64,000 bases of DNA from an uncultured Acidimicrobiia bacterium (GTDB lineage Bacteria; Actinomycetota; Acidimicrobiia; Acidimicrobiales; AC-14): positions 65,685-129,684 of the forward strand of contig CAWIIV010000008.1 in the NCBI GenBank assembly GCA_963836205.1, in the 5' to 3' direction. A program made the translations under genes and the position numbers. Within the stretch, counting starts at the first letter, position 1; each line of letters opens with the position of its first letter. The notes under the pieces were generated by a model that worked only from the letters and a program-made list of their open reading frames with translations, had not been told where the DNA came from and made no database searches. This document shows positions 18,971 through 27,688 of this stretch, one piece after another.

Positions 18971-21199
18971 ATGTTGGTGCGGTTGGGACGGTTCACGGTA
19001 CGAAGGAAGCGGTCGATTCTGATCGCCTCCGTCATCCTCTTCGCCCTGGCGGGCGCCATCGGCGGTGGGGTGGCCGACCACCTCTCGTCCGGCGGGTTCG
19101 AGGACCCGGAAGCCGAATCCACTCGGGCGGGCGCGGTCATCGACGACGTGTTCCACGCCGGCGCCCCCAACGTGGTGCTCCTCGTCACCTCCGCCACCGG
19201 CACGGTCGACGACCCGGCCGCAGTCGCCGAGGGCCAGGCCCTCACGGCCGAGCTGGCGGCCGAGCCGGGCATCGACCAGGCCAGCTCCTACTGGAGCCTG
19301 GGCAACGTGCCGCCCCTGCGCAGCAACGACGGCCGCCAGGCGCTCGTCCTGGCCCGCATCGCGGGCGACGAGGACACGGTCGACGCCCGCATCGAGACCC
19401 TCTCCCCCGCCTTCACCCGCCAGACCGGCGCCCTCGACGTGAGGGTCGGCGGCCAGGCCGAGGTCTTCCGCCAGATCGGCGGCACGGTGGAGGAGGACCT
19501 GGCCAAGGCCGAGTCGGTGGCCATCCCCATCACCCTGCTCCTCCTGGTGGTGGTGTTCGGCAGCATCGTGGCTGCCGGGCTGCCGGTGGGCATCGGCGTC
19601 CTGTCGATAATAGGGACGTTCCTGGTGTTGCGGCTGCTGGCCGAGCTGACCACGGTGTCGATCTTCGCCCTCAACCTCACCACCGCCATGGGCCTCGGGC
19701 TGGCCATCGACTACAGCCTGTTCGTCGTCAGCCGCTACCGGGAGGAACTGGGCCGGGGGCTGGAGCCGGCCGCCGCCGTTGTGCGCACCGTCAACACCGC
19801 CGGGCGCACGGTGGTGTTCAGCGCGGCCACGGTGGCGGCATCCCTGGCGGCCATGCTCGTGTTCCCGATGGCCTTCCTCCGCTCCTTCGCCTACGCCGGC
19901 ATCGCGGTGGTGGCCATGGCCGCCCTCATCTCGGTGGTGGTCCTGCCCGCGGCCCTTGCCGCCATCGGCCACCGGATCGACAAGTGGTCGGTGTTCCGCC
20001 GCCACCCCAAGGCCGTCGGCGAGGGCTTCTGGCACCGGGTGGCGATGACCGTGATGCGCCGGCCGGTGGTCATCGGCGGGTCGGTGGTCGCGCTCCTGAT
20101 CGTGCTCGGGCTGCCCTTCCTCCACGTGCAGCTGGGCCTGCCCGACGACCGGGTCCTGCCCACCACCGCCTCCAGCCGCCAGGTGCAGGACGAGATCCGC
20201 ACCAACTTCACGTCCAACGACGCGGGCGCGGTGCAGGTCGTGGCCCAGGGCGCCGACGTCGCCGACCCGGCCGAGATTGCGGCCTACGCCTCCGCCCTCT
20301 CCCGGCTGGAGGGCACGGCCCGGGTCGACGCCCTCACCGGGTCGTACATGGCCGGCGCCCAGGTGGCGCCCCCGAACGAGGCATCGGTGCGGTTCGCTTC
20401 GCCCGACGGCACCTGGTTCTCGGTGGTCCCCTCGGTCGAGCCGCTGTCGGCCGACGGCGAGGCACTGGTGCACGACGTCCGCGCCCTCGACGCCCCCTTC
20501 CCGGTGGAGGTGGCCGGTCCGTCGGCCGAGTTGGTCGACTCCAAGGCGTCCATCCTGGACCGGCTGCCGCTGGCGGCCGGGATCATCGCCCTCATCACCT
20601 TCGTGGTCCTGTTCCTCATGTTCGGCAGCGTCCTGGTCCCGATCAAGGCCATCGTCCTCAACCTGCTCAGCCTGAGCGCCACCTTCGGCGCCATGGTCTG
20701 GATCTTCCAGGACGGGCACCTGGCCGGGCTCCTCAACTTCACCCCCACCGGCGACATCGCCATCTCCACCCCGATCCTGATGTTCTGCATCGCCTTCGGG
20801 CTGTCGATGGACTACGAGGTCTTCCTCCTGTCCCGGATCAAGGAGGAGCACGACCGCACCGGCGACAACCGCCAGGCGGTGGCGGTGGGCCTGGAGCGCA
20901 CTGGCCGGATCGTGACCGCGGCCGCAGCCCTGCTGGCGATCGTGTTCATCGCCATGGGGACGTCGAGCGTGTCATTCATCAAGTTGTTCGGTATCGGCCT
21001 TACGATGGCTGTACTCGTGGACGCGACCCTCATCCGAGCGGCCCTGGTGCCCGCCTTCATGCGCCTGGCGGGCGACGCCAACTGGTGGGCGCCCGCGCCC
21101 ATGCGCCGGATCTACGAGCGGTGGGGCTTCAGCGAGGCCGACGGCTACTCCGAGGCCGGGCCCGGGCTCGACGATCGCCAGCTGGAGCGGGTCCGATAG
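18971..21199 (+). CDS. mmpL: MMPL-family (RND superfamily) membrane transporter
   Basis: 742-aa ORF with two six-TM bundles and two extracytoplasmic loops. Typical MMPL strings: GLAIDYSLFVVSRYREEL and GLSMDYEVFLLSRIKEEHDRTGD. Confidence 0.9.
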   Translation: MLVRLGRFTVRRKRSILIASVILFALAGAIGGGVADHLSSGGFEDPEAESTRAGAVIDDVFHAGAPNVVLLVTSATGTVDDPAAVAEGQALTAELAAEPGIDQASSYWSLGNVPPLRSNDGRQALVLARIAGDEDTVDARIETLSPAFTRQTGALDVRVGGQAEVFRQIGGTVEEDLAKAESVAIPITLLLLVVVFGSIVAAGLPVGIGVLSIIGTFLVLRLLAELTTVSIFALNLTTAMGLGLAIDYSLFVVSRYREELGRGLEPAAAVVRTVNTAGRTVVFSAATVAASLAAMLVFPMAFLRSFAYAGIAVVAMAALISVVVLPAALAAIGHRIDKWSVFRRHPKAVGEGFWHRVAMTVMRRPVVIGGSVVALLIVLGLPFLHVQLGLPDDRVLPTTASSRQVQDEIRTNFTSNDAGAVQVVAQGADVADPAEIAAYASALSRLEGTARVDALTGSYMAGAQVAPPNEASVRFASPDGTWFSVVPSVEPLSADGEALVHDVRALDAPFPVEVAGPSAELVDSKASILDRLPLAAGIIALITFVVLFLMFGSVLVPIKAIVLNLLSLSATFGAMVWIFQDGHLAGLLNFTPTGDIAISTPILMFCIAFGLSMDYEVFLLSRIKEEHDRTGDNRQAVAVGLERTGRIVTAAAALLAIVFIAMGTSSVSFIKLFGIGLTMAVLVDATLIRAALVPAFMRLAGDANWWAPAPMRRIYERWGFSEADGYSEAGPGLDDRQLERVR

Positions 21200-21846
21200 T
21201 CCCCAAGCCCACCACCGCTCCGCCCGGTCGCCGGGCCCGCGCCCCCCGGGGCGAGGGCGACCGGCTGCGCGACGAGATCCTCGCCGCCACCGAGAAACTG
21301 CTGCTCAAGACGGGGGACGAGTCGGCGGTGTCTATCCGGGCCATCGCCGACGCGGTCGGGGTCTCGCCCCCGTCGATCTACCTCCACTTCGCCGACAAGG
21401 ACGACCTGATCCACTCCGTCTGCCAGCTCCAGTTCCGCAAGCTCGACGTGGTGGTGTCGGAGACGACGGCCGGGGTGGACGATCCCCTCGACCGGCTGCG
21501 GGGCCGGGGCCACGCCTACGTCCGCTTCGGCGTGGCCCACCCCGAGCACTACCGGATCATGCTCATGGGCAAGGGCCACTTCTCCCAGGAGGAGTTCGAG
21601 GCCGGCCTGCTGCCGGGCATGCGCTCGTTCCAGTCCCTCGTGGGCAACGTCCAGGAGTGCATGGACCTCGGGGTGTTCGCCAAGGACGACCCCTTCCTGG
21701 TGGCCACCATCCTGTGGGCCATGGTCCACGGCCTCACGTCGCTGCTCATCTCGGTGCCGGGATTCCCCGCCTTCGAGGACCCCGAGGCCATCGTCGACCA
21801 GATGCTCGACACCCTGGCCCGGGGGCTGGCGCCCGTCCCCGACTGA
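21121..21846 (+). CDS. TetR-family transcriptional regulator
   Basis: HTH region: RDEILAATEKLLLKTGDESAVSIRAIADAVGVSPPSIYLHFADKDDL. The first canonical in-frame start is the GTG at 21121, which overlaps the mmpL end. The true start may lie nearer 21200 (no ATG/GTG/TTG there). Confidence 0.8.
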   Translation: MGLQRGRRLLRGRARARRSPAGAGPIVPKPTTAPPGRRARAPRGEGDRLRDEILAATEKLLLKTGDESAVSIRAIADAVGVSPPSIYLHFADKDDLIHSVCQLQFRKLDVVVSETTAGVDDPLDRLRGRGHAYVRFGVAHPEHYRIMLMGKGHFSQEEFEAGLLPGMRSFQSLVGNVQECMDLGVFAKDDPFLVATILWAMVHGLTSLLISVPGFPAFEDPEAIVDQMLDTLARGLAPVPD

Positions 21847-22006
21847 GCTCCCCGGCGGCCGTGTCCGCTGGTGATCTCGCGTCATTCGGGGCGGTCGCGT
21901 GGCCCATTCCGCACGGGCGCCTCAAGTCGGGGCGGGAGACGCCCGATGCTTGAACCACTCACTGGCCGTATCGAGAGGGAGGGTCGCCGTGCCGACGAGT
22001 GGTTCG

Positions 22007-22930
22007 ATGAGCAACAAACCTGGTCGCGGCCGGCGCCTGCTGGCGGGAGCGACCCTGCTCCTGAGCATGTTGTGCGCCACCGTGGTGCCCGCCGACGCCG
22101 CCCCGCCGGCGGCTGCGGCCAACCCGCCGGCGGCCGCCGCCGCCGCCACCACCAACTGCGGGACCACGGTCCTCAAGCCGAACGGCACGCCGTGGGTGTG
22201 CACCCTGGCCGAGAACTTCGACGGCACCGCCCTCAACCGGGCCCTGTGGGTGCCCCAGACGTCGGCCACCAGCGGGTTCGGCTCCCAGGACGACTGCTTC
22301 GTCGACGATCCCGACAACATCGCGGTGGCGGGCGGGACGCTCAGGCTCACCGTGCGCAAGGAGTCGGCGCCGTTGACCTGTCGGACGCCGACGACCTCCT
22401 ACAGCACCCGGTACACGGCGGGAATGGTCTCCACCTACACGAAGTGGAGCCAGACCTACGGCCGCTTCGAGTTCCGGGTCAAGTTCCCGGCCGCCACCGC
22501 CAAGGGACTCCACGGCGCCCTGTGGCTGTGGCCCGACAACGCGCTCAAGTACGGCCCGTGGCCGCTGTCGGGCGAGATCGACGTGGCCGAGGTGTACAGC
22601 CTCTACAACGACCGGGCCATCCCCTACGTCCACTACTGGCCGGGCACGATGGCGCAGACCAACAACTACTGCCTGCTGAAAGTCACCGACTGGCACACCT
22701 ACGTCCTGGAGTGGACGACGACCTCGATCAAGATCAGCTTCGACGGCAAGGTGTGCGTGAACGAGCCGATCACGCCGGCGGCGCCCCTCGTGGCCCCCCA
22801 GCCCTTCGACCACCCTTTCATGCTGGCGCTCACCCAGGGACTCGGGGTGTACGGCAACCGGCTCGACCCGGCCCAGCCCCCGGCCTTCCCCGCCACCATG
22901 CAGGTCGACTACGTCCGGGTCTGGAAGTAG
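22007..22930 (+). CDS. Secreted glycoside hydrolase family 16 (beta-glucanase/laminarinase-like)
   Basis: Signal peptide MSNKPGRGRRLLAGATLLLSMLCATVVPADA. Catalytic ExDxxE motif in WPLSGEIDVAEV. C-terminal beta-jelly-roll string MQVDYVRVWK. Confidence 0.8.
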   Translation: MSNKPGRGRRLLAGATLLLSMLCATVVPADAAPPAAAANPPAAAAAATTNCGTTVLKPNGTPWVCTLAENFDGTALNRALWVPQTSATSGFGSQDDCFVDDPDNIAVAGGTLRLTVRKESAPLTCRTPTTSYSTRYTAGMVSTYTKWSQTYGRFEFRVKFPAATAKGLHGALWLWPDNALKYGPWPLSGEIDVAEVYSLYNDRAIPYVHYWPGTMAQTNNYCLLKVTDWHTYVLEWTTTSIKISFDGKVCVNEPITPAAPLVAPQPFDHPFMLALTQGLGVYGNRLDPAQPPAFPATMQVDYVRVWK

Positions 22931-22937
22931 GCAGGGG

Positions 22938-23417
22938 TCAGCGAGAAGCGGCCTGGAGCAACGCGGGGGCCGGTCGCGGTGCAGGCGCGGGGCGGCGGAG
23001 AGGGGCGACGGACGCCGACCGCAGCACCGGAGCGACGACCGGGACCACGAGCGGGCGGCGAACGGCGCGGTCGCGCGATCGGGCCAGGAGGGCCACGTAG
23101 CCGATGAGGACGTCGTAGATCAGCAGGTGCATCCCCCACGCGATCCGGGTGCCGACGACGACGGCGACGGCCAGGGTTGCCACCATGCCGAAGCCGATCA
23201 CAGCCAAGACGCGGCGCCGGCGTTGGGCGGCGGTGCGCCGGACGGGAGCCGCCGGGGCGTCCTCACGATCGTTAGTGGCGGGGACGGCCGAACCGGCGAA
23301 GCACAGTTGGATGCGGTCGAGCTCCGCCAATTCCCCCCGGCTCTGCACTCGCCGGCGGAGCAAGGGCGGCAGGAGCACCAGCGCCCAGAGCAGTCCCAGC
23401 AGCGGGTATACCGGCAA
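22938..23417 (-). CDS. Hypothetical membrane protein
   Basis: 159-aa high-GC3 ORF with TM segments LLGLLWALVLLPPLL and VLAVIGFGMVATLAVAVVVG. Confidence 0.55.
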   Translation of the reverse strand: MPVYPLLGLLWALVLLPPLLRRRVQSRGELAELDRIQLCFAGSAVPATNDREDAPAAPVRRTAAQRRRRVLAVIGFGMVATLAVAVVVGTRIAWGMHLLIYDVLIGYVALLARSRDRAVRRPLVVPVVAPVLRSASVAPLRRPAPAPRPAPALLQAASR

Positions 23418-23696
23418 GCCATCGCCCCCTTGTGTCCCGAACCCAGGCTGGATTCAGGCTTCGCCCGCTGGGGATCGATGTCTCCCCACCGGTCGCCGCC
23501 AACCTATCGCAACAACGAGCGGCGGCCAAGCGAGGCTGATTTGGGCGTGATTTCGAGGTCTGCCCATCGAGTTCGAAAGAACGTCCCTGTGGACAACCGG
23601 CGGCATTGTCGTCCTGCGGCGAGCAGGATCTTCGGTGATGTCTCACCGCTCGTGGCGGCAGTCGCGACGTCGGGGTTTTGGGACCGACCGGGCGAC

Positions 23697-24779
23697 CTAC
23701 TTGGCGGTGCCCCGCACCGAGGCCGTGAGCGGTGTGCGGTCGGCGTTGTCGACCGCACAGACCAGGCCCCGCCGGCCGTCGTGCCACGCTTCGTTTTCGG
23801 GCACGATCTCGAACTCGGTGAGGGTCGACTGCCCCCGGGGGACGCCGACGTAGTCGGTGAACGGCTGGCCCAGGCAGGTGGCGGCGGCGTACTGGAGCAG
23901 CGCGTCGGCCCCCGGGAAGGCGTCGCCCGGAGCCGCGGGATGGACGACCACCGCGAACACCTCGGCGTCGTGCGGCTCGTCGCACGAACGCACCGTGAGG
24001 CGGCGGACCTCGGTGCCCTCCGGCGTGTCGATGCAGTCACCCGGTTCGAGGGAGGCGTAGTCGACGCCGTCGGGCCGGACCACGTTGGCGATGACGATGC
24101 CGGCCACGGTGAGCCACCCGATCAGGCTGATTGCGGCTACCAGGCGGGCCCCGGTGACCAACGCGCCGCCACCACGCTTCTTGGCCCGTCCGGCGAGGAT
24201 GAGGGCGGGGATGGCGAGGATGCCGGCCGTCACCAGGGAGACGACGGCCAAGGCGAACGCGACCCCGGCCCCCGACCCGTCGGCCTTGGCCGGCTGGAAC
24301 GGCTTGGGCGGCTTCCCCGGCTTTGCCGGCTTGCTCGTCGTGCCGACACCGGGGGCGGGCGGGGCGGGCGACCGGTGGAGGGGCGGGGGGATGTTGCGGG
24401 TGACCTCGATCGGACGCCACGGCTCGGGCTCCGGATCCGGCTCGGGCTCCGGATCCGGCTCGGGCGGCGGTGGCGGGGTCGCCGCGGCCCGCGCCACCCG
24501 GGGCCGGCGGGCTGCGGCTGGCGGGGCCGCGGGAGGCGCCGCGGCCGCCGTCGGGGCGTCGGACGCAGGGCCGACGAGGGTCTCGGTCGGGGTGTCGTCG
24601 CCCGGAGGCGGACCGTCGTTGCCCGGGGACGGACCGTCGTCGGTCGGGGGCGGAGTAGCCGCCCCCCGCCCGGTGACCACCTTGGACGCCGCCGCGGCCC
24701 GCTTCATGTCCCCGGTGACCACCCTCGGCCCGCGGGACCCGGGTCGGGCCGGCGACTGGCCCTCCTCTTCGTCTGCCAT
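23697..24779 (-). CDS. Pro-rich membrane protein with DUF4190-like TM pair and a septum-formation-family C-terminal domain
   Basis: Pro/Ala-rich N-terminus with (EPDPEP)n from an 18-nt tandem repeat at ~24421-24470. TM segments FALAVVSLVTAGILAIPALILAG and LVAAISLIGWLTVAGIVIANV. Cys-containing C-terminal domain: GDCIDTP...VRSCDEPHDAEVF...ATCLGQPF...LVCAV. Confidence 0.65.
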   Translation of the reverse strand: MADEEEGQSPARPGSRGPRVVTGDMKRAAAASKVVTGRGAATPPPTDDGPSPGNDGPPPGDDTPTETLVGPASDAPTAAAAPPAAPPAAARRPRVARAAATPPPPPEPDPEPEPDPEPEPWRPIEVTRNIPPPLHRSPAPPAPGVGTTSKPAKPGKPPKPFQPAKADGSGAGVAFALAVVSLVTAGILAIPALILAGRAKKRGGGALVTGARLVAAISLIGWLTVAGIVIANVVRPDGVDYASLEPGDCIDTPEGTEVRRLTVRSCDEPHDAEVFAVVVHPAAPGDAFPGADALLQYAAATCLGQPFTDYVGVPRGQSTLTEFEIVPENEAWHDGRRGLVCAVDNADRTPLTASVRGTAK

Positions 24780-24841
24780 GGGCGGTAAGCCTACGGGTGC
24801 CGGGAAGGTGTCGACGCACGACGGCCGCCTAATCTGGGGAC

Positions 24842-27124
24842 ATCGACACGCCCGCCGCCTCCGAACCCACCACCCCCCTTCCGCTCGTCGAGGCTGCCTA
24901 CGCCCGCCTGGCCGAGCGAACGGCCGCCGCCCGCGCCCGCCTGGGGCGAGCCCTCACCCTGGCCGAGAAGATCCTCTTCGGGCACCTGGCCGGCGACCCC
25001 GGGCCCGACCCGGCCGGCGTCGAGCGGGGGAAGTCCTACGTCGAGCTCCAGCCCGACCGGGTGGCCATGCAGGACGCCACCGCCCAGATGGCCCTCCTCC
25101 AGTTCGCCACCGCCGGCCTTCCCCGGGTGTGCGTGCCGACCACGGTCCACTGCGACCACCTGATCCTGGCCCAGGTGGGGGCGGCCGCCGACCTGCTCTC
25201 GGCCAAGGAGACCAACCGGGAGGTCTACGACTTCCTGTCCAGCACCTCGGCCAAGTACGGGATCGGGTTCTGGCAGCCGGGCTCGGGGATCATCCACCAG
25301 GTCGTCCTCGAGCGCTACGCCTTCCCCGGCGGGATGATGATCGGCACCGACAGCCACACACCCAACGCCGGCGGCCTGGGCATGGTTGCGATCGGCGTGG
25401 GCGGGGCCGACGCGGTCGACGTGATGACGGGCGGCACGTTCGGCCTCCGGTGGCCGTCGCTCGTGGGCGTCCGCCTCACCGGGCGGCTGTCGGGGTGGAC
25501 GTCGCCCAAGGACGTGATCCTCCGGGTGGCCCAGATCCTCACCGTCAAGGGCGGCACCGGCGCCATCGTCGAGTACTTCGGACCGGGCACCTCGGCCATC
25601 AGCGCCACCGGCAAGGCCACCATCTGCAACATGGGGGCCGAGATCGGCGCCACCACGTCGGTCTTCCCGTTCGACGAGCGCGCCGCCGTATACCTCAACG
25701 CCACTGGGCGCAAGGCGCTGGCCATGGCCGCCGAGCTGGCGGGGGCCGACCTGCGAGCCGACGACGAGGTCGACGCCGACCCGTCCGCCTACTTCGACCG
25801 GGTCATCGAGATCGACCTGTCCACCCTCGAGCCCCACGTGGTCGGCCCCCACACCCCCGACCTGGCCCGGGAGGTGTCGGCCATGGGGGCGGAGGCCAAG
25901 GCCGCCGGATGGCCGCTGCACCTGTCCCAGGCCCTGGTCGGGTCGTGCACCAACTCGTCCTACGAGGACATCAGCCGGGCCGCCAGCGTCGCCCGCCAGG
26001 CGGCGGCGGCCGGCCTGCGCACGAAGACCCCGCTGCTCATCACCCCCGGGTCGGAGACGGTGCGGGCGACGGTCGAGCGCGACGGGCTGCTGGCCGACCT
26101 CGAGTCGATCGGCGCCAGCGTGCTGGCCAACGCCTGCGGTCCGTGCATCGGCCAGTGGGCTCGCTCCGACGTAGTCGACGGCCAGGTCAACTCCATCATC
26201 AGCTCGTTCAACCGCAACTTCCCCAAGCGCAACGACGGCAACGCGTCGACCCTCGCCTTCATCGCCTCGCCCGAGACCACCGTCGCCTACGCCCTGGCCG
26301 GCACCCTCGACTTCAACCCGCTGGAGGACGAGCTCGACGGCGTCCGCCTGGCCGAACCCTTCGGCGACGAGCTGCCGGCGAGCGGCTTCGTCGGCGGCGA
26401 CGAGGGCTACGTCGCCCCCCCGGAGGACGGTTCCGACATCGACGTCGTCGTCGACCCGGCCAGTTCCCGGCTGCAACGGCTGGAGCCCTTCCCCCCGTGG
26501 GACGGGCAGGATTTCGTGCGCCTCCGGGTGCTGCTCAAGGCCGTCGGCAAGTGCACCACCGACCACATCTCCGCCGCCGGCCGGTGGCTGCGCTACCGGG
26601 GCCACCTGGAGAACATCAGCCGCAACCTGTTCCTGGGGGCCATCAACGCCTTCACCGGCGAGCCCGGCACCGGCCTGTGCGCCATCCACGGCCAGACCGA
26701 GCCCCTGCCCGACGTGGCCCAGCACTACCGCGACGCGGGACAAGCGTGGGTGGCGGTGGGCGACGAGAACTACGGCGAGGGGTCGTCCCGGGAGCACGCG
26801 GCCATGGAGCCCCGGTTCCTCGGGGGACGGGTGATCATGGTCCGCTCGTTCGCCCGCATCCACGAGACCAACCTCAAGAAGCAGGGCGTGCTGCCCTTGG
26901 TCTTCGCCGACCCGGCCACGTACGACCTGGTGGGCGCCGACGACCGCATTTCGGTGCTCGGTCTGGCCGGGCTGGCCCCGGCGGTGCCGGTGGACTGCCG
27001 CCTCGACCGGCCCGACGGTTCCACCGCCGACTTCCAGTGCGTCCACAGCCTGTCCGAGGAGCACATCGAGTGGTTCCGGGCCGGGAGTGCCCTCAACCTC
27101 ATCCGGCAGCGATTCCAGGACTAG
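24842..27124 (+). CDS. acn: Aconitate hydratase, mitochondrial-type; start codon unresolved
   Basis: DRVAMQDATAQMALLQF, GTDSHTPNAGGLG, and cluster cysteines in VGSCTNSSYED and NACGPCIGQW. The frame is open from 24833 and encodes a conserved N-terminus (LTLAEKILFGHL..ERGKSYVELQPDRV), but the first ATG/GTG/TTG is the GTG at 25061. Confidence 0.85.
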   Translation: MDTPAASEPTTPLPLVEAAYARLAERTAAARARLGRALTLAEKILFGHLAGDPGPDPAGVERGKSYVELQPDRVAMQDATAQMALLQFATAGLPRVCVPTTVHCDHLILAQVGAAADLLSAKETNREVYDFLSSTSAKYGIGFWQPGSGIIHQVVLERYAFPGGMMIGTDSHTPNAGGLGMVAIGVGGADAVDVMTGGTFGLRWPSLVGVRLTGRLSGWTSPKDVILRVAQILTVKGGTGAIVEYFGPGTSAISATGKATICNMGAEIGATTSVFPFDERAAVYLNATGRKALAMAAELAGADLRADDEVDADPSAYFDRVIEIDLSTLEPHVVGPHTPDLAREVSAMGAEAKAAGWPLHLSQALVGSCTNSSYEDISRAASVARQAAAAGLRTKTPLLITPGSETVRATVERDGLLADLESIGASVLANACGPCIGQWARSDVVDGQVNSIISSFNRNFPKRNDGNASTLAFIASPETTVAYALAGTLDFNPLEDELDGVRLAEPFGDELPASGFVGGDEGYVAPPEDGSDIDVVVDPASSRLQRLEPFPPWDGQDFVRLRVLLKAVGKCTTDHISAAGRWLRYRGHLENISRNLFLGAINAFTGEPGTGLCAIHGQTEPLPDVAQHYRDAGQAWVAVGDENYGEGSSREHAAMEPRFLGGRVIMVRSFARIHETNLKKQGVLPLVFADPATYDLVGADDRISVLGLAGLAPAVPVDCRLDRPDGSTADFQCVHSLSEEHIEWFRAGSALNLIRQRFQD

Positions 27125-27133
27125 GAGGACGTC

Positions 27134-27484
27134 ATGCCCAACCCGATCCTGCATTTCGAGATCATGGGAAGCGACCCGGCCGCGACACAGAAGTTCTACG
27201 CCGACGTCTTCGGCTGGGACGTCAACGCCGACAACCCCATGAACTACGGCGTCGTCACCGCCCAGGAGGAGAAGGGCATCGGCGGCGGGATCGGCGCCAA
27301 CCCCCAGGGCGCCACCTACGTCACCGTCTACGCGGCCGTGCCCGACCTCCAGGCCACGCTCGACCAGGCCGAGGCCGCCGGCGGCACCACCGTGATGTTC
27401 CCCACCGAAATCCCCGGCGTGGTCACCATGGCCATGTTCAAGGACCCCGACGGCAACCTGATCGGCATCATCAAGGACGCATAG
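27134..27484 (+). CDS. VOC/glyoxalase-family protein
   Basis: 116 aa: PILHFEIMGSDPAATQKFYADVFGW...MAMFKDPDGNLIGII, the typical vicinal-oxygen-chelate fold pattern. AGGAGGA RBS upstream. Confidence 0.8.
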   Translation: MPNPILHFEIMGSDPAATQKFYADVFGWDVNADNPMNYGVVTAQEEKGIGGGIGANPQGATYVTVYAAVPDLQATLDQAEAAGGTTVMFPTEIPGVVTMAMFKDPDGNLIGIIKDA

Positions 27485-27490
27485 TCGAAC

Positions 27491-27612
27491 CACGACGATT
27501 CGGCCGCGTGAAGTGTTCCGTGCGGCGGTTGGGTCGTGATCTGGCCCGGATCCTCCCAGTTCACGACGATTCGGGCGCAGGGAGTGTTTCGTGCGGCCAA
27601 ATCGTCGTCGGT
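27491..27612. repeat. Two direct copies (31/36 identical, 71-nt period) of a hairpin-forming unit starting CACGACGATTCGG..., upstream of the LuxR gene
   Basis: Copy 1 is 27491-27526 and copy 2 is 27562-27597. Each is followed by an inverted arm (GTCGTG at 27533-38; AATCGTCGT at 27599-27608). Confidence 0.7.
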
Positions 27613-27688
27613 GCCGGCGCAGTGTGGGACCGGACCGTGGGTCGGCGTCCGAACTGACTCGTGGCTGGCGAGGGTAGGTTGGCTGTTC

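Noticed and set aside
24421-24470. An 18-nt tandem repeat (GGCTCGGGCTCCGGATCC x ~2.5).
   Set aside because: - It lies inside the Pro-rich linker of the septum-formation-domain protein and simply encodes (EPDPEP)n low-complexity sequence. It is not an independent element.
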